Positions 14,160-26,949 are shown, counted from the first letter of the stretch. The stretch is 64,000 nt of DNA from Pavona decussata (GCA_977016875.1 CDRNST010000096.1:1612001-1676000); one strand, 5' to 3'. Notes: a model not told the origin generated them from the sequence alone. Numbers and translations: made by a program.

Positions 14160-16150
14160 CTACTTTTTTCTTTTGGCTCAATTCTTTGAAGTGGTCATCA
14201 TTAATATAGTCACTGTTATTTGGTATTCTGCCGTGAGTTGCCAGAAAATCCTCATCCCTTTTTTTTTTCAGCTGGGTTTTGACAGGCCTTAGTTCCCTAG
14301 AGACACAAGTTTGCGTGTTGCTAAGAAGTGTGTCATACTTCGTTCTGTAAAAGTGTGCCTTGGGGTTTTTTGCAACTGTTTGCTTCAGTCGATCAATCTC
14401 AGAGACCTCTGGTGTCTTTCCTAAAATTAATTCTAAGGCCTTTGTAGTCTTTGACTGAACCTCCTTCCTTCTTTTTGGCGATGTTTCTTTTTTCTTGCTT
14501 TGCTAGGTGGCTCGGTTGGGCAGTCATTTTCAGAAATTACTGTTTGATGTATACTTGAGTTATCTGCTGTATTCACTTCTAGATCTCCTGGTGCTTCAGC
14601 ATCAGGCTGCTCAATTGAATCCAAATCCATATTTATTGTGATAGGGTTCTGATCAGCTATTTCAAGATCTGCTTGTTGATCTTCACAAATGATCTGAGTT
14701 GTTTCATCGCCGTTTTCACTGCTTGTGTTTTCTCCCTGTTTAGGATACAGTGGAGCTGCTGCATCTTGCATCAATAGGGGATTTTCTGGTTCAGTTTCAT
14801 GCTCAACTGCATCTTCAGACTCCCTGTGGTAGATAACTTTGCCATCTTCATCCCTCATTTTGTAAATTGGAAGCTGGTCAGGGTGACTGGCACATTCCTC
14901 CCAAGTCTTCTCCAAATAGTGGCATATCTTCCTGATGTTGTTTGATCTGAAGGGGTGAAGTTGAGGGCCTTTTGCTTTGTTGTCTGGTTCATCTGGTGCA
15001 TCAAAAAATTCAACAGAACCATCTTCCCTCCATTTCCACCAAATCTCAGCTCCAGTTTCAGAAAATCACAGATCTTGGATAGATGTGCCGCCATAAGTTA
15101 GATCTTTTTGTCATGAGTTCCTTTGAAAAAACTGAGTTGGTTGGCTTGGGAAGACCGTTTGCAAGACATGAGATCTCGTTTCTTGGTTTGCAAGGGTTAC
15201 CAAACTGTTTGTCTCCACTGCCATTGCATCTTCAGCTTGAATGTGTAGGTAGGCATTTGGCACAAGGTCTTCTATGTGCTTGTTCCAGGTCTTTCTGGTG
15301 ATGTCCTCAATCCTGTCAAAGTACCTTTCAAAGAGCTCAGCACAGATGGAATGGAGGCAGACCAGCCTATACAGCAGTGGGGCATGATCAACAGAACCGC
15401 GATAATAAATACCACACAGCTTTCGTAGGGTTAATTCCTTTGGTGGAGTGAGCAGTCCCTGGATGGCTTGACCATGTCTAAACGAGAGCACTGATCTTGG
15501 GCTTCTTTCCCATCTTTTTCATAATAGATGCCCATCATCTCACAGAATAGGAGAAGGATATCATTCTCATCTTCCTCAAGAAGATTTTTGTTGAATAAGG
15601 CAGTGGACACCTTTCATATGGCTCTTCTGTAGTCAGTTACTCTTAGTTTGTCTTTCTTTAAGGCCAAGTTTGTGATTTCTTTGAACAGTAACAGGGCATC
15701 AACATCTGTCATGTGTTGAGGCAACTCTGTGAGAATGTTGGCTATGCGATTGAGGCATGTGTGGAGAGGTTCAAAGAAAAGGACTTCATAATCTTGTATA
15801 TTAAGCTCATCAAGTAACTGTTGCTGTGATCCAAACAGCAAAGCAAGTACTCGGGTTGCCCCTCTCAGTAAATCAGTGAGCCTCTCTTGGAGTTCCTTTT
15901 TGTTGCCATGTGCATCAACTCGTCTTGATTTTAACTCTTCTCTGATGTCTTCAACTTTGAGGGATTTGAAGGGACCGGTAGCATCTGATTTTCCAAATTT
16001 TCATTTCAGCACTAGGCTTTGCTTTTCTTCCAAGGTTTTGTACTTTTGGTAAGCCATGTAATCATACTTGCTAGCCCGTCTCATGTCTCCACCACATACG
16101 CAGCAAACAAAATGCCCTCCCTCCTGTGTGCCATCTTCAAAAATAGTTTG
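14160..16150 (-). pseudogene. RAG1/Transib/Chapaev-like transposase pseudogene with an internal SAP-like motif
   Basis: FEDGTQEGGHFVCCVC (~16090-16140); SLKVEDIREELKSRR..GNKKELQERL (SAP-like, ~15880-15960); FEPLHTCLN; GIYYRGSVDHAP; ICAELFERYF. Confidence 0.55.
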
Positions 16151-17230
16151 GAACTGAATGGAAGCCCTCTAAAAAGCTTCTCTAAGCCAGGGTCCAAGCT
16201 TGCTTCATCCCTATTACCTAGGTGTTTTCTGTCAGTGTTTCGTACGGTTTTTCATGGGCTTCAACTGACAAAAGCCTGAATTGATGAAATCCTGGAAAAC
16301 ACGCTTACATGCACTAATTTATTATTTACTGTACATGGGCCCAAAGGAGGTAAGCCATAAGTGTGATATAGAAGTGACTGGGGAGGGTTGGGAAATACAA
16401 AAACCTGATATGAAACAAAGTTGTATGTATGGATACTTGTCCTGTTTGTTCACTCTGCTAAGTATTGGTATCAAGCTTCACACATTGGCCAAGACATCCC
16501 CAAATCCAGCCTTTATGACAACATTTCACGTTCTTATATCACAGAAAATAGAAAGTTCACAACTTGTTATTATTTAAAAGAAAGAAGAGATGATACGCAA
16601 GATAATGTGTTCCACCAAATGTCCAGAGAGAGGGAAAAATACAATAATTGTTGCACTAAGGTAGAAAATACGTTTGATCATTTCACCTCATTACTGTTAA
16701 TAGCTTCGCTATAAGGTTGAAACAGTGCAAAAGCACCTTTGATCATTATAATGTTAAAGGGCGGTATATAAGTAAATAAATTATTAACAGTTCAGCATCT
16801 TATTACTATTACACAGTGCATCTTACCTTTCGTTTGGTACTTCAGGTTTTCTCACTTCCTTTTGCCAACTGTCCATGCAGAGTAAACATCTTTTTCTTCA
16901 AGCTCCTATTCTGTGTTTGCAGGGCAGTACAGCAGGCACATTCTATTTCTTCTTGCTCTTTCGTATTTTCAACATTTTCACCTGGTCGATGAGGAACTAC
17001 ACACTGGCTTGGCATGTTTGTTTTATGCACCACTACAACCAGCCTCAGCTATATCTACTGGTTGCAGTTTCGCAACGTTTGGTGTTGGTTCCGGATCAGG
17101 AGGGGTGTTGCCCATACTATCATCAAAACTTGACACTGCCTCTTTGAGAGCCTAAACAAAACAAATTTTCAACAGTACCAATAGGATAGAAAAGTATGAA
17201 CTATGAAATCAACTGTACAGAGCAACTTAT

Positions 17231-19822
17231 CCCTTTACCCCTCAAGGGACTAATGAGATGCATGATTCCTCTTCCCCAAGGGCCACTAGCCAAAATGAAA
17301 ATGATTTGAGGTAGCTTCACAGAAACCTCTCTAAGCAATTCACAACTACACAATAGAAATAAATTTTGATGAGAATTGAACGCTATATTTACAATGATAA
17401 AAGGCCTTAGTCACGGAAAAATAACAAAAGATACATGTTTGGAATACTTTCTCTTGGAATACCCTTTCTTCACGAAGTTCATGGAGGCAATGTTATGTGC
17501 ACGGAAAGCACAGCCATCGGGCAAAACCTCTACACAGAAACACTGAAGTGATTTCAAAATTTTTGCCATTACAGATTGCCCTGGGTGTGGTTTTGGAGCA
17601 TTCCAAACAAATTGGTTTGTCGCAAGACATGCACGCCAATCTACAAAATTTAATAACTTTTCGTTTCAAACATCTCTTACAACGTCCTTTTGCTTGTTGC
17701 TTTGGGCCAGTGGCCATCTGTATTTCTTCCATCAGAAACTAAGAGCCAGTGGGAAGAAAAGTTGCCGATAGGCATCTTTGCTAGCTCTAGTCTGAAATAC
17801 ATTTGCAAATGTGACAAGTGATTCAGCACTTCTTTCTCCAAGATGTGAGTATTGTTATGCTCACATCTATCAAGAACCAAAGTAGATATCACCACCATTT
17901 CCGTGATTTGCGTCCCACAGAATAATATTTCCAATGTTGGTCACTCAAATCCACGCCACCCATGTTTTTGTTGTGCCTGACTACAGCAGGAACAGTTGGG
18001 ACTTCAATAATAGATCCATCTCACTGCTTTCTGGTTACGTGATCGTCGCCCACAGGATTCGACTGCGTGCTAAGAATGGGTCCCATTTTGGTATCCTTCC
18101 AAACCGAGGCCACCAGATTTCCACGACGGCAGAACCTTGACTCTCCTTTCCTGAGGGCTTTTACTTGGGCGTTCTTTGTCAACAAACTTGCAGGCACACT
18201 GTGACAATTTGACCGAATCATGCCACACAGGTAGGTTTGCTCTCTCAGTAGATCGCGAGCATGAGGAATAAGGCCCTGTCCACACTAATGCGTTTTCGAA
18301 AACCTCTGTTTTCTGTTTCTTGAAAACGGATAAAAAGTTTTTCATCCACCTAGCGTTTTTGCAGCGTTTTCAACCGTCCACACTTGACCACCAAAAAACA
18401 GATAAGAAAACATCCGTTTTTGTCACCAGGCTCTTGCTCGACCTTACTTACTTTCGCAAAATTAATGTATATAAATTAATAAGGGCAGCACTTAGCTCCA
18501 AGCAAGCAATCAAGGTTGAAATCAGGGCAAACAACATCAATGCCAGTGACGTAATTGTTTTTGAAAATTTCCGTTTTCGCCCGTTCACACAAAGATGCTG
18601 ACCTCCGTTTTCAAAAAACCTCCACGCTAGAAAGCCTTTTCGAAAACTTTCGTTTTCGATCGTATTAGTGTGGACAGAAGGTGAAAACGGATAAAAAAGT
18701 ACAAGTTTTCAAACAAAAACGCATTAGTGTGGACGGGGCCTCAATGTGAAAAAATTATCATTAAACACGTGGTATTTTTGTAAAAATGGCTCCGTAACTT
18801 TGAGAACAACACGATAGCTGAGTCCGTGTTCTGTCACACTGCCATCTTGTTTTCCCGGGTAGACTTGAAGATTACACACGTAGCCGTTTGAAGAGTCGGC
18901 ACACTCCCAAATTTTAATGCCACGTCTTACAGGTTTCATGGGAAGATATTGTTTCATTGAAAGTTGCCCCTTGAAGCCAACCATTGCCTCATCTACAGAC
19001 AAATCCTGTTTGGGGTGATACTCCTCATGAAGTTCTTCACGACTGCATCTAAGAAAGGATGCACTTTGAAAAGCTTGTCGTGATTTGGCTGCCCGTGTGG
19101 AACAAAATTTTCATTGTTGTTCAAGTGCAGGTATTGAACACTGAGAATTGGATCATCAGACCAATACAAACTTGTTTCAGGCAAGACATGTATCCCAAAG
19201 AAGATTTGCAAACCTAAGAACACTTGGATTTCTGCCATGTTCGTTTCATACAACTTCGGGTCTGGTTTTCTTGCATTACATTGTCTTTCATAGCGGTTCG
19301 TTTCTTCAACGATATTCTGAAACAATTCTTCTGAGACAGAGAGGCAAAAGAAGTCTTTCACTGTGTCATCTTCTGGAACTGTACTTATTGCTTCAATGGC
19401 GGAGGTGAATGCGGTGACATTCACTGGAGAATCATCACGACTCCAGCCTACTTCAGCGCCATCATCTTCATCTTCTGAAAATTATAAGTTGGAAAGATCT
19501 TCAGTGTTGACTGTTGAAACAGAAATATCACTTCCTGAATCACTAGCGTAGTTATCTTGCTCATTTTCCACCTCTGAATCTTCAATGTCCAACTCAAGTT
19601 GAGCCGCCATTGTAAAATGATTTTAAACACAAAATTTCTGACAAATCTTGTATGGAACAAGACCCACGCGATCATCGCAAACATCATTCTTAGCCTCTTT
19701 GTTATTGGTCAAAGACCCTTAGCAACGAATGGCTGACTATAAGAAAGGATTCTATTGGTCTAAACATAGCAACGAAAAGAGTGGGATCTTGGTGCCAATT
19801 GGCACTCTTGGTGGGTAAAGGG
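17231..19822 (-). mobile_element. Degenerate piggyBac transposon (PGBD4-like transposase)
   Basis: TIRs ccctttaccc at 17231 and its reverse complement ending 19822; degenerate TSD TTAT/GTAT; IVEETNRY, HDKLFKVHP, SVDEAMVGFKGQLSMKQYLPMKPVRRGIKIW, DNFFT, C-terminal GRCKRC..C..CDKPIC. Confidence 0.9.
18272..18740. mobile_element. Harbinger-type MITE nested in the piggyBac ORF
   Basis: 25-bp TIR ggccc(t/c)gtccacactaatgcgtttt with one mismatch; 3-bp flanks TAA/TCA; interrupts the ORF just after DNFFT. Confidence 0.88.
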
Positions 19823-20789
19823 GTATTGTGATAAATCTCACCTTCCTCTTCCATTGTTGAGATGAGGGCTTTTGCTTTGCTTTAGATCAACCTACAGCGT
19901 GAATGGTTGGAAAAACAGACCCTGAAGTTGTCTTTTTTAAGCCATTGATTCATCGTGTCGCTCTCTTGGGCCCCATCCACATTCCAAGAGACAATGAGAC
20001 GCAAACTAGCCAAAAAACAAAATACATGCAGAAAATGGCTACACTCCGCAAGACGACAAAAACTAAAGGATGCAAAAGCGGTACGAAATAATAAAGAAAC
20101 TGGGGAAGGAGAAAGACCCAAACACACGGAACTGAAACCTACAGAGGCGAAACCTACCCCACACAAAGTAGAATTGACAACGTGACGACGAAAATTACCT
20201 CGGGTTCAGCCGCAGGAGCGGGAACGTCTAAAGGCTCCACAACTGGTGCAGGAGCTGCTGGATTTGGGGCTGCCGGTTCTTCGTGGTCAGCCATAGCAAA
20301 ACGAAGCTGGTGGTGGTTGTTCAGCTCAAAGAAACTTAAACGCCACTTTCACCGAACTTCGTAGAACTGGCCAGGAAGCGGCTAAAACCGAGCTATTTGA
20401 AGCCAGGGCCACAAGGCATCATGCGCGGCAGCACGCTGGCCCGGCAGGACGGAATTTAACTGATTTAAATCTTCCCGTGCTACGGGCTAATTATGTATGC
20501 GGTGAGAATAGTAACACAACATTGTGCAAATTATTTTCGTATTTAAAACAAGTTAAGACTATAATAAGAACGGGATTATTTAAAAATCAATGAAAAGCAA
20601 TTAATGGCTGAATCATTCTTCATTGAACAAAAACCAACAACAAACATTTTATATAACAGTGGAATAGTTATTCATTGAGAAAATGGCCAATCACAAAGCG
20701 AGTCCAAATTCCCTTCACAGTAGTTGGCGATGACCAGCTGCAAGTCAATTTCTAGTGTTTGCTGAAGTAAAAAGTTCATCATGCATAAT

Positions 20790-21350
20790 TGCCTTAGGCA
20801 AACATGCCTTAAGCGCGTGATAATACACAAATTCTTTGGTTCTTGCTATGCACATCATTGATGACCCTTTCTTCCTGTAAACTCTATATTACCTTCTTTG
20901 TGGGAATATATCACAAGGAGTCTGTGGCGGGTCTTCAGATGGCTTTGCAACCATAACACTTTCAAGCTGCGGTGTCACTGATGAAAACTATCTCCAGGTC
21001 ATCAGTTTTTTGATCAGCTCGGTTGTCTTGATCTGCTGAGGCACTCTAACTAGAGACATCTCTCAATTCGTTGTTATTCCTTTCCTCTGCCTCCTTTCGC
21101 TTTCCTCTCAGCATCAGCAGGAATTGAGCTACTCACTAACGTAGCACAAATAGGGTTCAAGGCTACCATTGTAACATGCTGCAGCTGTAGTGTGCTCACA
21201 TATACCCTGTGAGTTAAATCCTGGGTATTGGTCATCATATGAAAGTAGTTTCTTAGATGGTGAAACAGGGTGTCAGATTCCACCTGTTGAAGAAATGACG
21301 GTCCTTTTGGAATCATTACCTGGAAACACTCCTACTCCACCTACAATCCT
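20790..21350 (-). pseudogene. Degenerate SWIM-like zinc-finger fragment (TE-derived)
   Basis: YPGFNSQGICEHTTAAACYNGSLEPYL resembles a decayed C..CxH SWIM motif. Confidence 0.3.
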
Positions 21351-21580
21351 GGCTAAAAACCATGCAACAGTGTCAACGGAGCCCATCCCCCTTCCCCTTT
21401 TGTCACAAATAAAGTCTTATACTAAAAGTTGATAGAGATTCAGAGATTCTAATATGTTCTTAAAAGCTCCCCTGGATTTGTGACATTTCATATTGTCTGG
21501 TAAGGCTTTGCAAATTTTTGTCCCAGTGTAGGCAAAGCTGTTCCTATGGAACGCCAACACTGTCTTCTGTGAAGTTCTCC

Positions 21581-21880
21581 CATTATATGCGGTGCATTTT
21601 ACATTATATGTGGTGCTTTTTGTATTATATGTAGTGTATTTTTCATTATATGCGGTACTTTTCACATTATATGTGGTGCTTTTTACATTATATGCGGTAC
21701 TTTTTGTATTATATGCTGTATTTGTACACTATATGTGGTACTTTTGTCATTATATGCAGTGCTTTTGTAATTATATGCGGTACATTTCGCATTATATGCA
21801 GTGCTTTTGTCAATATATGAGGTAGTTTTTTCATTATATGCGGTGCTTTTGTCGTTATATGCGGTGCTTTCTTCATTATG
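21581..21880 (+). repeat. 21-bp tandem array (CATTATATGCGGTGCTTTT..) in the left TIR, ~14 units
   Basis: Units counted directly. Confidence 0.92.
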
Positions 21881-22499
21881 AGGATGAGGTCGAGAATCTA
21901 CGGGGATCTGGGTAAGAATTTACTGATATTGATAATCCGCCATTTTGTTTCAAACGCGTGAATTGACCTCCTCGCTCATGGATTCAATTGCGCTTGGGAA
22001 CCCTTTCAGAAAGCTTTTTAAACAAAAGGATAGACCCAGGAGTGCCATTATCTATGTCAGATAGCACTTTTGCCGACCTAAGAGTCAATACGATTGGTAA
22101 ACGTATTCGACTCAGAGAACTGTCCACAAAGTATGTGGCTGATCAAAGGTAAACAGATGAGGATGATGGAAACGCGGCTGCCACAGGCACAACCATGAGT
22201 TACAGCGATTCTGTTAGGCAAGAAAGGAGCCTTTTATTCCAACCAAGCAGCACTGGTGGGAGAAGCACTAGCTCTGGAAGGAAGAGAAAACGGAAGAAAT
22301 CTTGTCCGCAAAGGACATGGACTGTGCAGTTTGTGTACCTGGCATCTCGCTTTGCGAAAAAAAAAATCCCGACTGCAACCGAGAAAAAGACGCTATACCA
22401 AGCAGCCTTAGGGTGTAAGATATCTTTTCTCTGTGGGACACTGGTAAACATGATATAGAACGGTTCATCAAACAAGCAAACTCATATCATCCAACAATC

Positions 22500-22995
22500 A
22501 AATTTACCGCTTAAAAATCTCAAATACTGAGACTGCATTCAGTTGCATTCACTCCATATTGGATATTAAAACACTGAAACCTTTCAATACACGCTTTTTT
22601 CCCTCTAGCCACCCATCAAGAGTCAAAAAAGGATTGGTTAAAGCCGTAAGACTCGAACGAGCAATCTCCTCAAAAACGTTTGAGAAAAATATTAAAAAAA
22701 TTAAATAACGACTCCTTGCTAGAGGCTACCCGAATAATCTGATTGAAAAAATTTTATCAGATGTCAAATTTACAGAAAGGTCAGCGGAATTGAAGCAAAA
22801 AGACAACACCCCAAACAAAGATTGAGTTTCGTAACAAAACCATCAGTGCCCAGCCTCAAACATGTTTTAATGGGAAAATGGCACTTAAAACAAAACCAGC
22901 CTTTCATTGCGAGAAATCTTCAAAGAGCCACCACTAATTTCCTTTAAAAAAGGAAAATCTCTAAATGACATGCTTGTCAGAACAAAATATAAAGA
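22500..22995 (+). mobile_element. Penelope-like retroelement fragment
   Basis: SHPSRVKKG..RLLARGYPNNLIEKILSDVKF..PSLKHVLMGKWHL..EIFKEPPLISFKKGKSLNDMLVRTK (post-RT region), frameshifted. Confidence 0.65.
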
Positions 22996-23738
22996 AATTA
23001 CATTTCAAAAATTTTTCCGTTTTTAGAAGTCGTGCAGGCCTGTCATCCCTTGCTATTTCCTACGAAGACATCATATCACCGCGAGAAGTTACGCCTAACA
23101 TTTCCATTTCATGTACCAACAACTTGCAAACAAGGTGTAACTCCCATTGCGTGCCTACATTTGACGTCATAATCCGGGACAGTTTCCATGTGCTCAGTCT
23201 CAAAACAACAAGTCGCCATGTTTGTACTAGCATGTTTTGTTATTCAATTCGTTGAGTTGTGGACACTTTGAATTCGAAACAGTCGGTAAGTTCTGTCGTA
23301 TTCCGTGTGTATTGTTATTTCGCTCGTTAAAGGTGTAATTTCTTTTCATAGAAAACCTGCCTTATTGACTACCTTATTGACTGCCCTATTGCCTAACTGG
23401 ATGTTTACCCGACGTGATGACTGGAAATGTTGTGGAATTGTCGATGGAATATTTGTAAATAAATGGTTGAGTTTTCGCATTCGAATCTTACGCATATGGT
23501 CTTGGGAACTGCGTAATACAAGGTCCGGAGTAATGCGTTCGGTTTCAAATATCTCAGTTAGACCTCTGAGGTTGAGACTCTTTAAGACTGTCTCCATAAT
23601 GAATTTCACTGAACGCAAATCAAAGGAGAACACCAGCAAGAATGTCCATTCGTAATATTCGCGCGTTTGAAACAAAATGGCGGATTATCGATATTGGTAA
23701 ACTCTTACCCAGATCCCCATAGATTCTCGACCTCATCC

Positions 23739-24004
23739 TCATAATGAAGAAAGCACTGCATATAATGGTGACAAATAAAGCACCGCATATAATGAAAAAA
23801 CTACCTCATATATTGACAAAAGCACTGCATATAATGCGAAATGTACCGCATATAATGTACAAAGTACTGCATATAATACAAAAAGTACCGCAAACAATGT
23901 AAAGAGCACCACATATAATGTGGAAAGTACCGCATATAATGGAAAATACACCACATATAATACAAAAAGCACCACATATAATGTAAAATGCACCGCATAT
24001 AATG
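23739..24004 (-). repeat. Inverted copy of the 21-bp array in the right TIR, ~12 units
   Basis: Reverse complement of the left array, missing two internal units. Confidence 0.92.
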
Positions 24005-24289
24005 GGAGCATTACACAGAAGACAGTGTTGGCGTTCCATATGTTCCGATGGTAGTCTGTTTTTACTGCCAGTAAGGCTAGATTCCACCTTGAAGTCCTAA
24101 TATTATATACCAACCACTCGATATTACTCCAAAAGATATCTTTTATCTATTCGAAGACATCTTCTCAAGTAATATCAAATAGGCTGGGGTAATACCATTC
24201 ATAATTTAAACATCATGAGAGCTGTTGTTTGTTTATCCTCTCTTTGAGATTGGTCCAGCCAAGTCTACTTAATAATTCATTTATTGGCA

Positions 24290-25424
24290 TCAGGAAACAG
24301 AAGAGATACAGCTATATTTTCTTTGTAATTGCATAGTCTAAGGTAAACGGCTGCTCTGATTGCTCTCTGGCTTGCGTCTGAAAACTGGTAAATCTTGAAA
24401 ATCTTGGAATGTGTCCTTCTAGTTTGCCATCTGCTTGCACATTCCTCCAGAAGGGGATTGTCCCATCCCAAACATACTGCTCCCGTTGTCTTCTTACCCA
24501 TAGGGAACAGTTGCGGGAGCATTAACCTCCCTTCAAATAAGACTGGTGCAGCTTATCCAAGGGGAATCGTAAATTGAGTTACCAGGGATAGAACCCAGCG
24601 ACGTGTGAAAGGTCTATCTGGCACTTAGATAGATAGAAGAGAAGAAAGAGAGAGAAAAGAGATAGATGCTTTATTAAAACTAAATTGCAACCCGAGGGTT
24701 GAATTATATAGTTTTTTACAATAAAATTTAAAAAATTCAAAAAATTACAAAAGTTTAAAAACTGTCATAAAATGACAAAAATTACAATTTGAGCGCATTA
24801 CTAAGAAGGAATGAGTTCTTCAATCTATTCGTCTGAAAATTAGCGTTGAATTTTCGTTTCTTCCTCAAATTGTAATGACAATTGTTCCTCTCTGGGAGTA
24901 AAACATTATTATTCCTGTCTTCTGTGATCTTTGAAAAAGACTTGTTCATCAGTGATTGTCTTCTTGCTGAAAGAGTTTCAAGACTAGCCAGAGCCAAGGC
25001 TTCTTGGTGGGGCTTGAAGGGAAAAATGATGCGCATGGCCCTCCTTTGGATCCTCTCTAACTCTTCTGAAAGGTACTTTGGAAGACTATCATGGAATACT
25101 GGAGAAGCATATTCAGGGAGGGGATGAATACAAGTTCGATAAAATTGAATTAGCTCCTGTGTGCCGAGACCAGAGCATTTGAGCCTGTAGGTGAATACGT
25201 CTCTCTTCAGATCCCAGAGAACACTGTGCCGGTAGTTCATTGTGTCGCAAGTCCAAGTTGCGATGTCCTTTCCTACGTCTTCAGTGGGGAAGGCTTTCAT
25301 CACGGTGACTGAGTTCCACACTACTTCATGAAACCTGAGGTTTGCAGTGGCAAGAGCAGTTTGTGTGTCTTAAACTGACTTTATAGTCTCCTCTACGGTC
25401 GGTCTTGAAGCCAAACGGTCATCT
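24290..25424 (-). mobile_element. BEL/Pao LTR-retrotransposon pol fragment split by an L2 LINE
   Basis: DDRLASRPTVEE..WDLKRDVFTY | VPDRPFTRRWVLS..PLG.AAPV..LGWDNPL..FSDASQRAIRAAVYLR. Confidence 0.8.
24630..25186 (-). mobile_element. 5'-truncated L2-clade LINE
   Basis: LIQFYRTCIHPLPEYASPVFHDSLPKYLSEELERIQRRAMRII..YNLR..TNRLKNSF, then AATAAA and a TCTA/TC microsatellite tail. Confidence 0.85.
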
Positions 25425-25575
25425 CCACGACCTCTGCGATGCGGGTGCAGTGCTCCACCAACTGGGTTCAAATCCTGTTCAAGCCTGAATTTTTTTTCGC
25501 AACAGTGTGGTTGCATATATAACTGCGAGAACCTTTTCTTCTATTTAATCTTTCATCCACAGTGCATATACATGT
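25425..25575. mobile_element. tRNA-derived SINE fragment with an inverted 5' head
   Basis: Reverse complement of 25425-25464 gives cagttggtggagcactgcac..gcagaggtcgtgg (A-box side); B-box ggttcaaatcc lies on the plus strand at 25465. Confidence 0.6.
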
Positions 25576-25899
25576 CACACATATATAGGAATTAAATCAT
25601 TTTTTAATCAAAAACTTTGAAAATTTCCCTTGGGAATGGCAGTTTTGTTTCTTTTACCAGGGAAAGTGCATTCAAATGGATATAAAAGGATGATAAATGA
25701 AAGGATATTTCAAAAGAACTGAGTCTTAATTTGAAATGTATCTGAAATGACCTAGCCCATCAGGAGTCTCAATCATAAATCAATACCTATTCTTACATGC
25801 GACAAGTTTTTACTTTTGAAATTGCTAATTCTTCGTGACATAGGTAAATGTATAATTCTAACTTGGCATAAAATTAAGTTTCAAAAAAAGCAAAAACGA

Positions 25900-26470
25900 T
25901 CCTTTACGCCCGTTCGGAACCACCGTTCCTTCGATTCAATACTTGTGAGGTGCACTTAAGACAAGTATGTCTGTGTCAGGCGATTGACTGATGATCCTTG
26001 TTTCTGGGTTTGCAGCATATTTCGCATGAAGCAACATCTGGTATCTGCTTCTTCATTATTGGATATAAGACCTGCCACGTCATGATGGGAATCTATCGTG
26101 ATAGACACACATTGCTCTCCGTTCTTGAATCCTCCTCCAATGACCAGTTGTGTGTTCTCAGGGAGCCTTCCTTTCCCAAGACTGCACATAGACCTTGTTA
26201 TGAAGTCAGACAGGTTTTCCTTATTCTTTGGGTTAGTAATGATTTAGCCCACTGCTTGGGTACTGGGGTTGAAGGTCCTCCAATATGCACTTCGAGAGCC
26301 TTTGATGTACCTCTCGTTGACCACTCACAAGCTTTCATTGAGGTCTCTAAGTACTGGTCGAAAATAACGTGAACACAGTTACACTCAGGGTGGATAGGGG
26401 CACTGAAAATATGCTCTAGTACTTTGCAGCAAGTTTGCCAAATGTGGTTGCACCATCAGACTTCGTCATC
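25900..26470 (-). pseudogene. Academ-like transposon XPG/PIN-domain fragment
   Basis: VHVIFDQY..SMKACE; NKENL; SNNEEADTR..LHA; QSPDTDILVL. Confidence 0.72.
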
Positions 26471-26949
26471 TGCACAACAGCCATTCCATGTCCTTGCTGG
26501 AAGAAAAGAACAACCAGCTGAAATTATGGGGGAATCTTCTCTTCGATTAATGGTGAGACGATGGAGTCTCAAAGGATGGTTGGTTGCATCCTGACCACCA
26601 TTCACATCTGGTCCCTCGATAAACGATGGCAGTTCTTCTTCCCATTCTCTGGTACCGCTCATTGGCTGTCCAGAAACAAAACTGGCAGCTCAGGATCCAT
26701 CCTCTTGCAGAATTCCCTACAATGAATCCAATTATCCAATAAAGAAAAAAGGTCATCATTTATGGATACAGAATTGTTTTGGGGGTGAGATTTTGTTCTT
26801 GGGTAGGGATTGGAATAAGTAAAAGGGAAAAATAGTAAATAATGATATAATAATACCCACTGGATGTACGTAAAAACATTGTTGGGCTTATTTCCCAAGG
26901 AGAATAACTGGCAAGAAGAAGTGATGTCAAATATACCTTATGCCTTTAA

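Larger units (their letters stand above)
16830..20293 (-). pseudogene. Probable 5' exons (about 20204-20293, 19841-19990, 16830-17152) of the 14-16 kb transposase gene, split by a piggyBac insertion
   Basis: ATG at ~20293 (MADHEEPAAPNPAAP..EPE|GT) and further GT/AG-bounded exon-like segments on the same strand; linkage to the downstream transposase is inferred. Confidence 0.35.
21545..24040. mobile_element. Non-autonomous IS3EU-like DNA transposon with ~400-bp TIRs
   Basis: Termini TATGGAACGCC...GGCGTTCCATA; perfect 6-bp TSD TGTTCC (21539-44, 24041-46); TIRs ~21545-21963 and ~23657-24040; TAY..RTA termini with 6-bp TSD match IS3EU. Confidence 0.8.
21420..24290 (-). mobile_element. L2/Crack-like LINE 3' fragment split by the 21545-24040 insertion
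   Basis: Removing the insertion and one TSD restores YNIRTSRWNLALLAVKTDYHRNSFAYTGTKICKALPDNMK, a typical RT C-terminal tail. Confidence 0.8.

Noticed and set aside
21581-24004. 21-bp arrays as a CRISPR array or as coding ORFs (21592-21825, 23739-24113, etc.)
   Set aside because: Contiguous tandem units without unique spacers, no cas genes, eukaryotic context; the ORFs are translations of the repeat
24782-25321. 179-aa ORF as a single gene
   Set aside because: Chance in-frame fusion of BEL/Pao pol and an inserted L2 fragment
25441-25500. Functional tRNA gene
   Set aside because: A- and B-box halves are on opposite strands and followed by a SINE-like body
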